Shown one piece after another: positions 37,915-51,479 of a stretch of DNA of 64,000 nt. The number at the start of each line of letters is the position of its first letter. The stretch's first letter is position 1. This DNA is from Lingula anatina (Eukaryota; Animalia; Brachiopoda): positions 2,736,954 through 2,800,953 of the forward strand of contig CM120644.1 in NCBI GenBank assembly GCA_051362555.1, given 5' to 3'. The notes beneath the pieces were generated by a model. It searched no databases. It was not told the DNA's origin and worked only from the letters and a program-made list of their open reading frames with translations. A program made the translations under genes and the position numbers.

Positions 37915-39645
37915 CAGGGTACGAAATAAGGACCGTCAGGCAGCCCGCGACGGCTCAATTATCACCCGGGCGGTCTCTTTCCAAAAGTTGCCAGTCCGTT
38001 GGTCTGGCCATTTTCTGGCCTTTAAAATAATTGCATATCAATATGTACGTTCATATTAAGCAGATTTGGTTGAAATAAAACGAAAACAATGAGGCTAGCC
38101 CTTCAAGAAATCGACACTCTCAACAAATAAACAAAAACCGAAAGTACATGCTTATTCACTGTTTTCCTGGCATGCCTTGCGCAAAGACCCTTCACCGTGT
38201 TATGGAACGTCTGATACAAAGTATCAACAAGTGACGAACGATGTGTGGTCATTCAAGTTCACACAATCTCGTCTAATTACGCAGTTTAAGTTTTGCTTCT
38301 TCTATAATCTGTAATTATAATTGTACGTATATTTTTAATTGAACAACGTCACGACGCACGTGGATTATACAAGATTGCGCTTAAGTCACAGTCAGGATCA
38401 CTCCTGTTGCAGTCTGCCCTTTGTAAGTATTTTTGTGCTAATGCCCCAGCACGTAAGAAAAGAACACAGGAACGTATCAGACAGTCAAATATAGTGTATT
38501 ATGACACCAAAGCAGGGCTCCACAGGTAAAAATTCAGTTTGGACTAGTGAATTTGCAGGATGGGCTGTCCGACGGACAGGTTATGTTTTATTAGAACTTA
38601 AGAACAAAAATCTTGAAAAAGACATTTTTGTTGCATCCCAACGTCTTAATTCTCGTCTCTTCCTGGTTTGCATTGAAAAGAGTGACCTACATTTGGTACA
38701 AAACACGTGGTCCCAAAACGAAGTCTAAGCAAACTTACCGCCAAATTATGAAAGTGAACACCTAGAACTTCACAAGACAAAATTTATCCACATAACAGGC
38801 TGACTACTGAAAATTTATTTGTTCAAAAATCTACGTGCTCTAGTAACAAAGACCGTTCCTAAAATAGAAACTACACAAGTAATGGGTACAACAGCCAGCT
38901 TCGACTGGATGTATCTAGTTTGTTGTCAAGGCAACATACTGCCTGTCAATCAAATGTGTTGCACGCTATCTCCTCACAACCATTTGAAGTTGGAAAGTCA
39001 AAGTTTGGGACCGAAGATCTTGTTGAAATGTTATTTGCATAACCTGAAATTTTGTAATGACTCTAGCACCACCTGTGTTATTTAAAAAAATTAGTGCTGG
39101 AATTTGATAAATTAGCAATGCTATCATATACCAGTGTGGTATTGATGTAAGGAAGAAAATGAGTAATAAAAATATGAGAATTTAAATAAAAAGAAGGGGG
39201 ATTTTTTTAATGACTGATTTCATTTAATTCATACTGTACATTCAAAAAATCAAACACATGTTACCCCTAAAGAAAGCAAATTGTTAATATGAATATCAAT
39301 TTAAAAACTTTAAAATTAGTGATATTTATATAATTAAACTATTATACAATGAATATTCTTCAATTTTTAATGAAATTTATTCAAATATTATAAATTTTGA
39401 ATATTTTAATTAAATAATATAACACTGCTACTTTTTCGATTTGGGTTCAGAGCATAATGTTTCAGATGCTGACAGTGAAGAATCTACTTGAATAATATCA
39501 CTCTGAGACTAAGAGTCCCTGTTTCAATATCGTTCTTGCCTGCAATTGGTTTAATCAGGACTGGCTACTTTTGGGCAGGGCTGGCTACTTTTCAAGTTGC
39601 CAGCCCTGCTGTCCGGCTTCAAATTTATACGAATTTCATACCCTG
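37915..39645 (+). mobile_element. Complete hAT-like non-autonomous element nested in a copy of itself
   Basis: TIR CAGGGTACGAAAT / ATTTCATACCCTG, flanked by CTAATAA on both sides (37908-37914, 39646-39652). Confidence 0.8.
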
Positions 39646-40218
39646 CTAATAATGAATGTGATGCCCCAGCACGTAAGAAAAGTTATCAGACAGTCAAATA
39701 AAGTGTATGATGACACCAAAGCAGGGCTCCACAGGTAAAAATTAAGTTGGGAAAAGTGAATTTGCAGGGTTGGTTGTCAGACAGACACGTTATGTTTTAT
39801 CAGAACTTAAGAACAAAAATCTTGAAAAAGACATTTTTGTTGCGTACTAACGTCTTCTCGTCTCCTCCTGGGTGGAGAGGGGGTACTGTTAGATTAATTT
39901 TATTAAAGTATTCAAACTTTATAATATTTGAATAAAGTTCAATGAAAAATTAAAGAATATTCATCTTATAATACCTTTTTATATTTATGTTAACAATTCA
40001 ACTTTTTATGGGTTATCATGTGTTTGATTTTTTTAATATATGAGTTAAATAAAATCAGTATAAAAAAGTTCCCCTTTTTATTTAAATTCTCATATTTGTT
40101 ATTACTAATTTCTTCCTTACATCAATATCACACTGGTATATGACAGCAATGTTAATTTATCATATTCCAGCACTAAATTTTTAACTGTAAATAACATAGG
40201 TGATGCTAAAGTCATTAA

Positions 40219-40816
40219 GGTAGATCGGTCGTTACATGTTCCAACGTTCGAATTTTTTTTAAAAAAATTTTATTTGAAGAGACACCCAAGTACATTAAAA
40301 ATTTGCAAAAAAAATTGGGGGTCACCGACCAAATAAGAGAACAACACCTAAATATGTTACACCCTGCATATCGCACTAGTCCCCATTCAAATCAATGGGA
40401 AAATGGGTGTTTTTTCACTAAAGCATTATTTTTTATGATTTTCTAACGTTCGAATTTTTTTAAAAATTTTTTTGTGTAAAGAGGCATCCAAGTACAATTA
40501 AATTTTGCAAAAAAAATTGGGGGTCACCGACCAAATATGAGAACTACGCCAAGTTGAAGTGCATAACACCCTGCGTGACGCACTAGTTTTTTCACTAAAG
40601 CATTATTTTTATGACTTTCTGACGTTTGAATTATAAAAAAAAAACTTTTTGTGTAAAGAGGCATCCAAGTAGATTTTAATTGTGACAAAAAAGTTGGGGG
40701 TCACCGACCAAATAAGAGAACTACGCCAAGTTACACCCTGCGTGACGCACTAGTCGGAAGTCCCCATTCAAATCAATGGGAAAATGGGTGTTTTTTCACT
40801 AAATCGTTTTTTAATG

Positions 40817-40856
<40 letters not shown>

Positions 40857-41769
40857 ACATCTAAGTATATTTAAAACTTTCATTATGTTTAACAGTTGAA
40901 GTGAGTATACTCGGCTATTTTCAGATTTTTCATACTGATGAGGTGTAGGCCTAAGCCGTTAACTTTACAAAAAATTATCGAAGAGAGTAATAAGGGAAAT
41001 ACTCATGCATATGAAAGTAGTTTATTGTCGTTGTTTTTTTATTAATGAATATAACATGAACGTGACATCGTAAACACTGCGTTGTCAAGTAAAATGAAGC
41101 GTCTGATACAAAGTATCAAATGCGGCATTCACGTGCTTGCTTGCGGTGCGTTCAGTACACTTTGTTTACACTGACAAGTCAAGGTCAAAAGTGCACAATT
41201 TTTCTGTATAATATAACTCAGTTTTAATTTTGATTAGTGAATTTTCTTCAAGCTGTATGGCCATTTTCTGAACATTTGTATAAGCTACGAAATATTTCTC
41301 AGTCCAAATTTCTCTAAGTCCAAATGAATGGCGTTACGACGCATTTCCGGTTTTCGTCGAAATCTGAGCTACGGTATGCAGCACATTTGGGGCGTTCTAC
41401 CTCAAAATCTACGCAGCCGCTTTGATTGGAATTTACAACACTTATTTTTTACATGATATAGCACCTACGTGCATAATTTGTGAGCTTGAGCTGTCATACA
41501 TTTTCTAGTGGCAATTCAAATTGGAAAAGGAGCTACAGTATTCCGACGATGAACGTGCTACAGTTGTCGTATGGAATCATAGTCGACAAACGTTGTCGAA
41601 AATCTATATCGATCATACAGAGTTACATACAAGTTGATAATGTGTGTTTATCTTATAGATAATTGTTTTATTTCCTCAAATTGATAAAACAGACTGAAGT
41701 GTCGTTAAAGACGATTGACGATGCGCTGAAATTGCGCAAATCGTCAAATTACGTAACGACCAATCTACC
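40219..41769. mobile_element. Non-autonomous Kolobok-like DNA transposon
   Basis: TTAA on both sides (40215-40218, 41770-41773). TIR GGTAGATCGGTCGTTAC / GTAACGACCAATCTACC, with purine-purine termini. Internal ~190-bp repeats contain GGGGGTCACCGACCAAAT. Confidence 0.82.
40819..40852. repeat. (GT)n microsatellite
   Basis: Pure GT run. Confidence 0.95.
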
Positions 41770-42231
41770 TTAAAGAAAACATCATACAAAATTCCAGGTT
41801 ATATTTTGGCAAATAAACAATATTTCAACAAGACCTTCAGTCCCAAAGATTTCACGTTCTATAGTGAGTAGATGGCATACAACATATTTGATTGACAGGC
41901 AGTATGCAGTTGCCTTGACAACGAACTAGATATAGACAGTTCATCTAGTCCAATCTGGCTTTGTAACCAGCACAGTACTTGCATAGTTTCTGTTTCTATA
42001 AGTCTAGAGCACGTAGATTTTTAACCGAATAAATATTCAGTAGTGAGCCTGTTATGTGAATAAATTTTGTCTTGTGAAGTTCTGGAGGGTGTTCACTTTT
42101 ATAATTTGGCGGTAAGTTTGCTCAGACTTCGTTTTGCGACTGAACGTGTTTTGTGCCAAAAGTAGGTCACTCTTTTCAGTACCGTCTAGGAGGAGACAAA
42201 AAGATGTTAGTATGCATCAAAAATGATTTTT

Positions 42232-44015
42232 AAACAAGGCAGCAAAGCTGTCAAATGTACAGACAAAAAGCAGGAAATAACAAAATAGGCTTTTGTCAAT
42301 TCTGATGCAAAAGTACATTATGTTAAACTGCAAATTCAACATCAAATTCTAATTATGCTCAACAGGTAATACCAATGTAAGTAAAATGTGTAACAAACAT
42401 AAGGCTTCAGGCCCATGGGAGTTCAAGTTCACCCTTTGAAAATGTAAAACTTCCAGAAAAAGAAGTCAATTAGACTGCTTTTCCAACTCAGGCTGTATTT
42501 TAGTCCTGTTTTTTTTTTTTTTTTTGAAAGTTTGGCAATCATAAGTAACATGGTTTTCCCATAATGGTCATCATGGCAGCAGCACCCAAAATTGTGTTTT
42601 CTTCTATTCTGATGCAATATTACATAATGGTTACCAGCATAATGACAATCAATTTTTAATAATAAAATATACGTATCATGGATTTTCAGAAAATGTGACA
42701 AGCATGGGTCTTCAAGCCTGTGGAACTTCAAAGTCACACCTTGAAAATGCCAATATGTGAAAAATTAAAATTTCACAAAAAAACTGTTTAACTGGCAGAT
42801 TGCATTGCCTACTGAAGCTATATTTTAGTCCCATGTTTCTTTCCTGTAAGTTTGAGAACAGTAAGTGACATGGTTTTTCTTAAATGGTCATCATGGGAGC
42901 AGTGCCCAAAATAGTTTTTTTTTTCAAATTTTGATGCAACATTACATAATGTTTAACAGCATAATGACCATCAATTTTTAATAATAAAATATTAGTATCA
43001 TGGATATTCAGAAAATGTGACTAGCAAAGGTCTTCAGGCCCATGGAACTTCAAAGTCACAACTTGAAAATGCCAAAATGTAAACAAGACAGCACTGTTCT
43101 GAAATGTTTTTTTTTTTTCCATTTTTAACAATTTTTAACATAAAACAAAATTAACAGTTTCCTGCCATTTTTATATGATCAACTAAGAAAATTGATGAGA
43201 TGGGAAAAATATCAATGTAGCAGTGTTAAATGTCCAATTTCTTCCATTCTGAGATTCTGAACATAGTGAATGATTGAATCTGACAAACTGCAATGATATG
43301 AGTTTATTTCCATTTTTGAAACTTTATTACACAATACACGATAACAAATTAACCATCATTTTTACAAAATCAACTAACAATGTTGTAAAGATGCAGGAAA
43401 TGTCAAACAAACACTTTTAATATCTTATTAATTAAATAATGAAACTGTTAACATGCCTAAGAATTGAATCTGAGAAAATGTGAAAAAACAACATAACTTC
43501 TAAAATAATGGCCCGATTATGCTGATCTTTTAACTCAACCTGCGTTTTAGAAGGATTGACCACTCCTGTGAGTTTAATGACAATTGGCCTATCCGTTTTT
43601 CTTATATTGTGTTTACAGTGTTGCATATATGCTGAAAAGTGAAAAAAAAAGCATAACTACTAAAATAGTGGCCTGATCATGCTGATTTTCTAACTTGACC
43701 TGTGTTTTAGTAAGATAGATTACTCCTGTGAGTTTCATGACAACAGGCCTATCGGTTTTCCTTGGAATGTGTTATAGTGTTGCATATATGCTGAAAAGTG
43801 AAAAATAAAGCATAACTTCTACAATAATGACCCGATCATGCTGATTTTCGAACTTGACCTGTGTTTTATGAATATTCATCAGCTCTGTAAATATGAAGCC
43901 AAAAGGTAAAGCTGCCTTCCACTTATCGTGTTTACAATGAAAGTGCACGGCACCAGCGACGGCGAGGACGGGGATGACAGACGCAGGTGATGGCAATATG
44001 TACAGACACATCTAT
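42232..44015 (+). mobile_element. HINE family A, compact copy
   Basis: 5' end AAACAAGGCAGCAAAGCTGTCAAATGTACAGACA, about 3 satellite units, microsatellite, and half of the hairpin (ATGTACAGACACATCT). Confidence 0.75.
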
Positions 44016-45241
44016 ATATATATTTACTGTACTGTTTGAGAACAGTAAGTGACATGGTTTTTCTTAAATGGTCATCATGGGAGCAGTGCCCAAAATAGAT
44101 TTTTTTCAAATTTTGATGCAATATTACATAATGTTTAACACCATAATGACAATCAATTTTTAATAATAAAATATTAGTATCATGGATATTCAGAAAATGT
44201 GACTAGCAAAGGTCTTCAGGCCCATGGAACTTCAAAGTCACAACTTGAAAATGCCAAAATGTAAACAAGACAGCACTGTTCTGAAATCAGGGCTCGACAT
44301 TAGCGCCTGTCCGCCTGTCCGAGACAGGTAAAAATTCAGTTCGGACAGGTCATGTTTTATGAGAAATTTGGAGCAAAAGTCTTTAAAAATCATTTTTGTT
44401 GCATACTAACGTCTTTTATTCCTAGACGGCATTGAAAAGAGTGACCTACTTTTGGCACAAAACACATACAGTCGCAAAACGAAGTCTGAGTAAACTTACC
44501 GCCAAATTATGAAAGTGAACACCCTCCAGAACTTCATCAGACAAAATCTATTCACATATCAGGTCCTTTACTGAATATTTATTAAGTTCAAAATCTACAT
44601 GCACTAGTAATAAAGACTGTTCCAAAAACAGAAACTACACAAGTACTGTGCTGGGTACAAAGCCAGATTGAACTGGATGAACTGGATATATCTAGTTTGT
44701 TGTCAAGGCAACATACTGCCTGTCAATCAAATGCGTTGTATGCTATGTACTCACTATAGAAAGTGAAATCTTTTGGACTGAAGATCTTGTTGAAATGTAG
44801 TTTATTTGCCAAAATATAACCTGAAATTTTGTATGATGTTTTCTTAAATGACTCTAGCATCACTTATGTTATTTACAGTTAACAAGGCAGCAAAGCTGTC
44901 AAATGTACAGACAAAAAACAGGAAATAACTATGCTCAAAATAGGCTACTGTCAATTCTGATGCAAAAGTACATTATGTTAAACTGCAAATTCAACATCAA
45001 ATTTTAATTATGCTCAACAGGTAATACCAATATAAGTAAAATGTGTAACAAGTTCACACTTTGAAAATGTATAACTTCCAGAAAAAGAAGCCAATTAGAC
45101 TGTTTTTCCAACTCAGGCTGCATTTTAGTCCCGTATTTCTTTTTTGAAAATTTGGCAATCATAAGTAACATGGTTTTCCCATAATGGTCATCATGGCAGC
45201 AGCACCCAAAACTGAGTTTTCTTCTATTCTGATGCCATATT

Positions 45242-48200
45242 CAGTGTTTTATTTACAATTTGGAACTAGAGAGTCAGATGACCCACTGACACTAAAGAAT
45301 ACGAGTCATTTTTTATTTTCAGGAGTCAAAATTTTCCCGCCTTTTTGAATGGGTAATTTTAACTGGTAATGATGCGTACAACCATATTTTATGTAAATAA
45401 ATCGTATATGAATTGATGTTGCTTATTTGTAATTGTTGTATTCCAGACTTAAAGTATAGAATTCTATCTACAGGAACTGAAGAATACAAAAACAGCTTTT
45501 GTATATGTAACCAAAGTTTATTCAACATATGACTACAAACACACTAACAGTCACACAACTTCAACATGATATGGACAAAAGTATGCATTTTGATTTTTTT
45601 TCTGACAAAAACCATTTAAAGGATTATTAACATGATTAAACCTAAAGGTAGATATATGAAGAAAAAATCATCAAGATAAATTAAAAATGATATGGATAAA
45701 CTTTGTGTTGACTAGTATGTAAAAAAAAATTGTCAAAAATTATGTGGACATAAATGGAAAACAAATTAGGAGAGAATATGATTGTCAAACACAAAAAGTA
45801 GATGAGACAAGGAATTCATCAAAAACAACAATTGTCAACATGAAAAAAAAAAACAGAATAAACAATGAATTAAAATATTTTTTTGACTAGGTAAAAAGAA
45901 CTTGACAAAAATATATATTGATATAAATGAAAAAATATCACATATTATGTAATAAATAATTAACAAGGAATAAAATCTTAAACAGAACAACAATATGAAA
46001 AAACTACCATCAGAATAAACAATAAAACATGGATACTTTTGAGTTGCTGAGTGTTGATTAGGTAAGTAGACTAACCTCGAAAGATAAGAACATCACAGCA
46101 GCAGCAGACAATATCAGTTTAAAGCTCACTTTGACAGAATTGTCTATACAATAACACTGACTTTAGAACAACAATATAATGTACAACATACCCAAAAGAA
46201 GTTATACATGTATAAGTTCACTTCAGTACAGTAATGCATTTGTTTCATGTCATTGGATTCCATTTAACATGTGATATCATGACTTGTAGCCTCAGGCTAA
46301 TCATCTGTTTTTGATTTCAATTCATATATTCTTCTCTCTTTCGAATTTTTCCACATTTCAAGGGCTTCCTCAAAATCAAATGAAGCCCTATCACATCCTT
46401 CAGTTTTGATCAACATCAGTTTCTTCTGAGTGTCAACTGTAAGACGGTTCCGAAAGGCAGTTAGGATACGATTCTGTACTGAAAATCCCCTCTCGCAGCC
46501 TGCTGTATGGATGCTAGTAGTAATAGCTAACCTGGCTAGGACAAGCAGATTTGGGAACTCCTTCATGTGGTAATGGGAGAGCAGACTCCATAATTTCCAT
46601 GTAGAGTCTCGAGGATAATGCTCTGCTTTCACAATCTGTTTTGCCAAATGCCATTCCTCCTCTGCCTTAGTGGAATCAATGAGAGCCTCTGATGTGTTTG
46701 TCATTTCTTCACCATTTTCTTCCCATTTCACAGTTTGTGGGTTGCCATAAAAGTCACAAAGAGACCTGATTTCATGATTACCATATTCCTCTAGTTCGGT
46801 GGGGCTTAGGAAGGAAAGAGGGCGCATGGACAACACACTGAATGCTGCTAAGATTCCATCTTTGGGGAACCTAATTGAAATCACAATCATTGTCCTTTTT
46901 AGATATTGTCATTTAAATAAAAAAACTATGTAAATTCTTAGTAGAATCATCAAATTTAACTAAACCAGCTTTAAATTTACTTTTTAAAATAGTATGAATC
47001 AGTATTGGACCAAATCATACAATTGAAATCTACTGTCTTAAGTTTACTAAATATAAACTTAATTATTACATGTTATGTATATATGATTAAACAAACCTTG
47101 ACTGAATATTGCTGATGAGTGCATCTGCAAAGTTGCCAGCTAGCATCTGAAGGTTAAGGCCACTGGATGTGATTTCATGGTCATGAAATCTTGACTGTAC
47201 AAGATCTTCCTTCAGTTTTGTTAGGTAGGGAGACTTGCATTCTTTCACTGCGTTGATGTCTTTAATACAGAGATCTGTCTTTACCTGTAGAAGAATAAAC
47301 ACTGTCATCATTATTACTGTCCGTTGATATAATAATAACATTAAAATATAACACAGTGACAAGCTACAACACAATCCACATACCCTAGAGCAGAATATTA
47401 GTTTAGTGTGTGTGTGTTAGTTTCACAAGTTTAAGCCATTATTAATAACTCACTATGGACATCTGGTTAACTAAATTCAATTAACAAGATTAATGATATT
47501 CAGATATGAACAAAGTATTAAAAAAGGGGGGGGGATGGACATTTACACTACCTTTACGAGAGCGACATCCAGATTTTCAGTTTGAAAAAACTGAGACAAA
47601 ATTGTCACAGGATTCATGATGTCCATCATCATATAAGTGATGGAAATGAAGCTGTCAGTAGCAATCTGGAGAGAGAAAGAAAAAGTATTGTACCAAACTG
47701 CAGAAGAAAAATAAGTAACTGAAGTATGAAAAAATAATTATAATATTAAAAATTACAGAAAAAGAAGTATGAAAAAATAATTATAATATTAAAAATTACA
47801 GAAAAAGAACAACACAAGAACACTGCAGTCTTTCAGAATGCCTTCAAATCCAAATATATATATAAAAAATTCAACTCTTTGGTCTAGGTATTTTTAGAGA
47901 ATTTGTAAGAATATCGTTTTGCTTGAGGTACTGTAGTGAACACGAAAACATTCTTACAACAAACTAACCTTTTTCTTCAAACCCATGGCTTTTGCATCAC
48001 TAAGAGGAACTTCGGCAAGATAAGTCAAAAGACTATCCAGTGTTCTGAAAACTGTAGTCAGAGCACTGAAGAATGACAACCATCTCACAGCATGTACTTC
48101 TTTGATTGTCAAGATTGGATCGTCCATAACAGCCTGTATTTCATGTAGTTTTGATGTACGCTTGGCGCTGCCCTGGAAAATGATATCTGTGCAAATTATC

Positions 48201-48547
48201 TAATTTACTCTAAATTTACTTGTGTATACAGCCATATAATAAGAATACAATTATTTTGTCAAGTAACATAGTAGTTGTAACTTTTTCATTTAATGAGTTA
48301 GTTGTTTTTCTATTTACCTTGAAGTAGTAGAAGAGATCGGTTAAGATTTGCTGGTGCTTTTTTAGGTGGGGGATACCTTCTGCCGCCTGGGATGTGCACA
48401 GTGCTAATCTGTGTGCAATGCAGTGGTTGTTGGACATGTGGGGGTTACTCCTTTTCATAACTGCTGCACAACCTAATTGAAAGTTGTTTAGATTTTGTAT
48501 CAGTAATGATAATATAATCAAAAATACTACAGAATTCTCCCAAAAAA

Positions 48548-48581
<34 letters not shown>

Positions 48582-49952
48582 TATAGATTATGATATACAA
48601 TATTGAAAATTCAGGCCCATTATATCTGGCATTATCATCACCACTATTATCATATATTTGAAAAGTGGTACATTTTAATGGAGTTGAAATGTAATTAGTA
48701 CTTACCATTTATTCGTCCAGTCATCACAGAGGCTCCATCGGATCCCATGCTCAAAATTTTTCCTGGCTGTACACCCCTTCTCCTAAATTCCTCCAGGATT
48801 GCATTAGCAATTCCAAGCCCCGTTGCATCCGGACACTCTACATTCGTCAGAAACAATGTACTTGGCTTCATTTCAGGGGAAATTATTTGCGCATAAATAA
48901 CCAATCTTTTGTTGTTGGCGATGTCTGTGCTTTCATCAGCAAGTGCTGTAACTACAGGCGATTCCCTAAGAGATTCAGTGATTTTTCTGTCAACAACACT
49001 TGAGAGACTGTCTAAAAATCCGGAGCAAGTCGTTGATGATTCATACATAATGTTTGACTGTTTCAGAAGTGATATTGCTTTGAGATCATCCGGGGTTAAT
49101 TCATGAAGGAAATTGACTAAAGCCTTGTATTTTATCAGGGGTATATCTTCTGTCGCCAACCAATGGACGCATTTCAGGAGCACAGTCATAGCAGTGTCCG
49201 ATTTTGAAGATCGTTTCCTTTCGGCTGCCTTTCTGTCAGCTTGGAGAATGGGTGCTTCAATAAGCATCTTGTGTTCCGGCAGATTTGCGTGCCTTGCCAG
49301 GGTTGAATTTTGGAAATTTGTATTCCCCGATGACTTAACCATCGCGTTAGATTTACCTGCACTTGTGCACAATTCGCAAAACATATAGCTGGCTGACTTG
49401 TCCTCCGAAAAACGCAACCAGCTGTATTTTTGAAGCCAGGAGCGATTAAACTTTCGTTTGAGTTTACTTGCGCCTTGTGATTCCGACTGAGAGGTTTCGT
49501 TGTGAGATACACTGATATTCCCACTCTGGAACGATAACGTTCCTTGTTTTGGATCATGTTTAAGCAGGGGAAGTTTAAGTCTTTTGGCCGCCATGTTCTC
49601 GTTCTTGTTCTGGCGCGCTGGACGCTGGGAGCACGTGTAATACGTTTACGTACTTTCTGTTCTGAAGAGCTCTCGAATGTACTTTTGTTTTTAATTGACG
49701 AAGCTTAAGATTGGTTCACGTAAGGTAACGTAGACCAATCAAATGTAACGAAACAAAAGCGAGAAAAACACAACAACGATCGGAAATATTTTAGTCCTAG
49801 GTCTTTAATCGTCAATATTACAACACTTTGGAAAGTATTTAGTTGTGGCTATCAAACATTAGGGTCAAATGACGCACTAGATCATATTTTTTTGCGTCAT
49901 TTTTAGGATTTATGCGTATTTTACGCATGACGCAGAGGTAAATAAAACACTG
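45242..49952 (-). mobile_element. Apparently autonomous hAT transposon with 6-bp TSD (hAT6-like)
   Basis: Perfect 15-bp TIRs CAGTGTTTTATTTAC / GTAAATAAAACACTG. TSD CATATT (45236-45241, 49953-49958). Contains an intact spliced transposase. Confidence 0.93.
46297..49594 (-). CDS. hAT transposase (ZNF862-like), 6 exons, 707 aa: 49594-48706, 48472-48318, 48172-47969, 47665-47552, 47284-47097, 46870-46297
   Basis: All introns are GT-AG and phase-compatible, giving 2124 nt with no stops. TTF-type zinc finger (WLQKYSWL..FCELC..H...H), ALADESTD, SDGASVM, HCIAHRL, VRW, and the CERGFS dimerisation domain. Confidence 0.93.
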
Positions 49953-50113
49953 CATATTACATAATGGTTAACAGCATAATGACCGTCAATTTTTAATAAT
50001 AAAATATACGTATCATGGATTTTCAGAAAATGTGACTAGCATGGGTCTTCAAGCCTGTGGAACTTCAAAGTCACACCTTGAAAATGCCAATATGTGAAAA
50101 ATTAAATTTTCAC

Positions 50114-50144
<31 letters not shown>

Positions 50145-51479
50145 GTTTAAACTGGCAGTAAGAATTACCAAACAGACTGCATTGCCTACTGAAGCTGTAT
50201 TCTAGTCCCATGTTTCTTTCCTGTAAGTTTGAGAACAGTAAGTGACATGGTTTTTCTTAAATGGTCATCATGGGAGCAGTGCCCAAAATAGTTTGTTTTT
50301 TTTTCAAATTTTGATGCAATATTACATAATGTTTAACAGCATAATGACCATCAATTTTTAATAATAAAATATTAGTATCATGGATATTCAGAAAATGTGA
50401 CTAGCAAAGGTCCTCAGGCCTATGGAACTTCAAAGTCACAACTTGAAAATGCCAAAATGTAAACAAGACAGCACTGTTCTGAAAATTTTTTCCCCATTTT
50501 AAACAATTTTTTAACATAAAACAATATTAACAGGTTACTGCCATTTTTATACGATCAACTAAGAAAATTGATGAGATGGGAAAAATATCAATACAACAGT
50601 GTTAAATGTCCAATTTCCTCCATTCTGAGATTCTGAACATAGTGAATGATTGAATCTGACAAACAGCAATGATATGAGTTTATTTCCATTTTTGAAACTT
50701 TATTACACAACACATGATAACAAGTTTACCATCATTTTTACATAATCAACTAATAATGTTGTAAAGATGCAGGAAATGTCAACCAAACACTTTTACATGT
50801 CTTATTAGTTAAATAATGAGACTGTTAACATGCCTAAGAATTGAATCTGAGGAAATGTAAAACAAGACATGGGTTTATTTCCATTTTTAACACTTTTTTT
50901 AACATAAAACAAAATAAACAGTTTACTGCAATTTTTATATGATCAACTAAGAAAATTGATGAGATGGGAAAAATATCAATAGAATAGTGTTAAATGTCCA
51001 ATTTCCTCCATTCTGAGATTCTGAACATAGTGAATGATTGAATCTGACAAACTGCAATGATATGAGTTTATTTCCATTTTTGAAACTTTATTACACAATA
51101 CACGATAACAAGTTTACCATCATTTTTACATAATCAACTAACAATGTTGTAAAGATGCAGGAAATGTCAAACAAACACTTTTATGTATCTTATTAGTAAA
51201 ATAATAAGACTGTTAACATGCCTAAGAATTGAATCTTAGGAAATGTGAAAAAACAGCATAACTTCTAAAATAATACCCCGATTATGCTGATTTTCGAACT
51301 CAACCTGCGTTTTAGTAAGATTGACCATTCCTGTGAGTTAAATGACAATTGGCCAATCTATTTTTCTTATATTGTGTTTACAGTGTTGCATATATGCTGA
51401 AAAATGAAAAAACAGCATAACTACTAAAATAGTGGTCCGATCATGCTGATTTTCGAACTTGACCTGCGTTTTAGTAAAA

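Noticed and set aside
47721-47807. Short tandem duplication in a transposase intron (also a 65-bp duplication at about 32497-32612)
   Set aside because: Ordinary slippage duplications with no sign of function.
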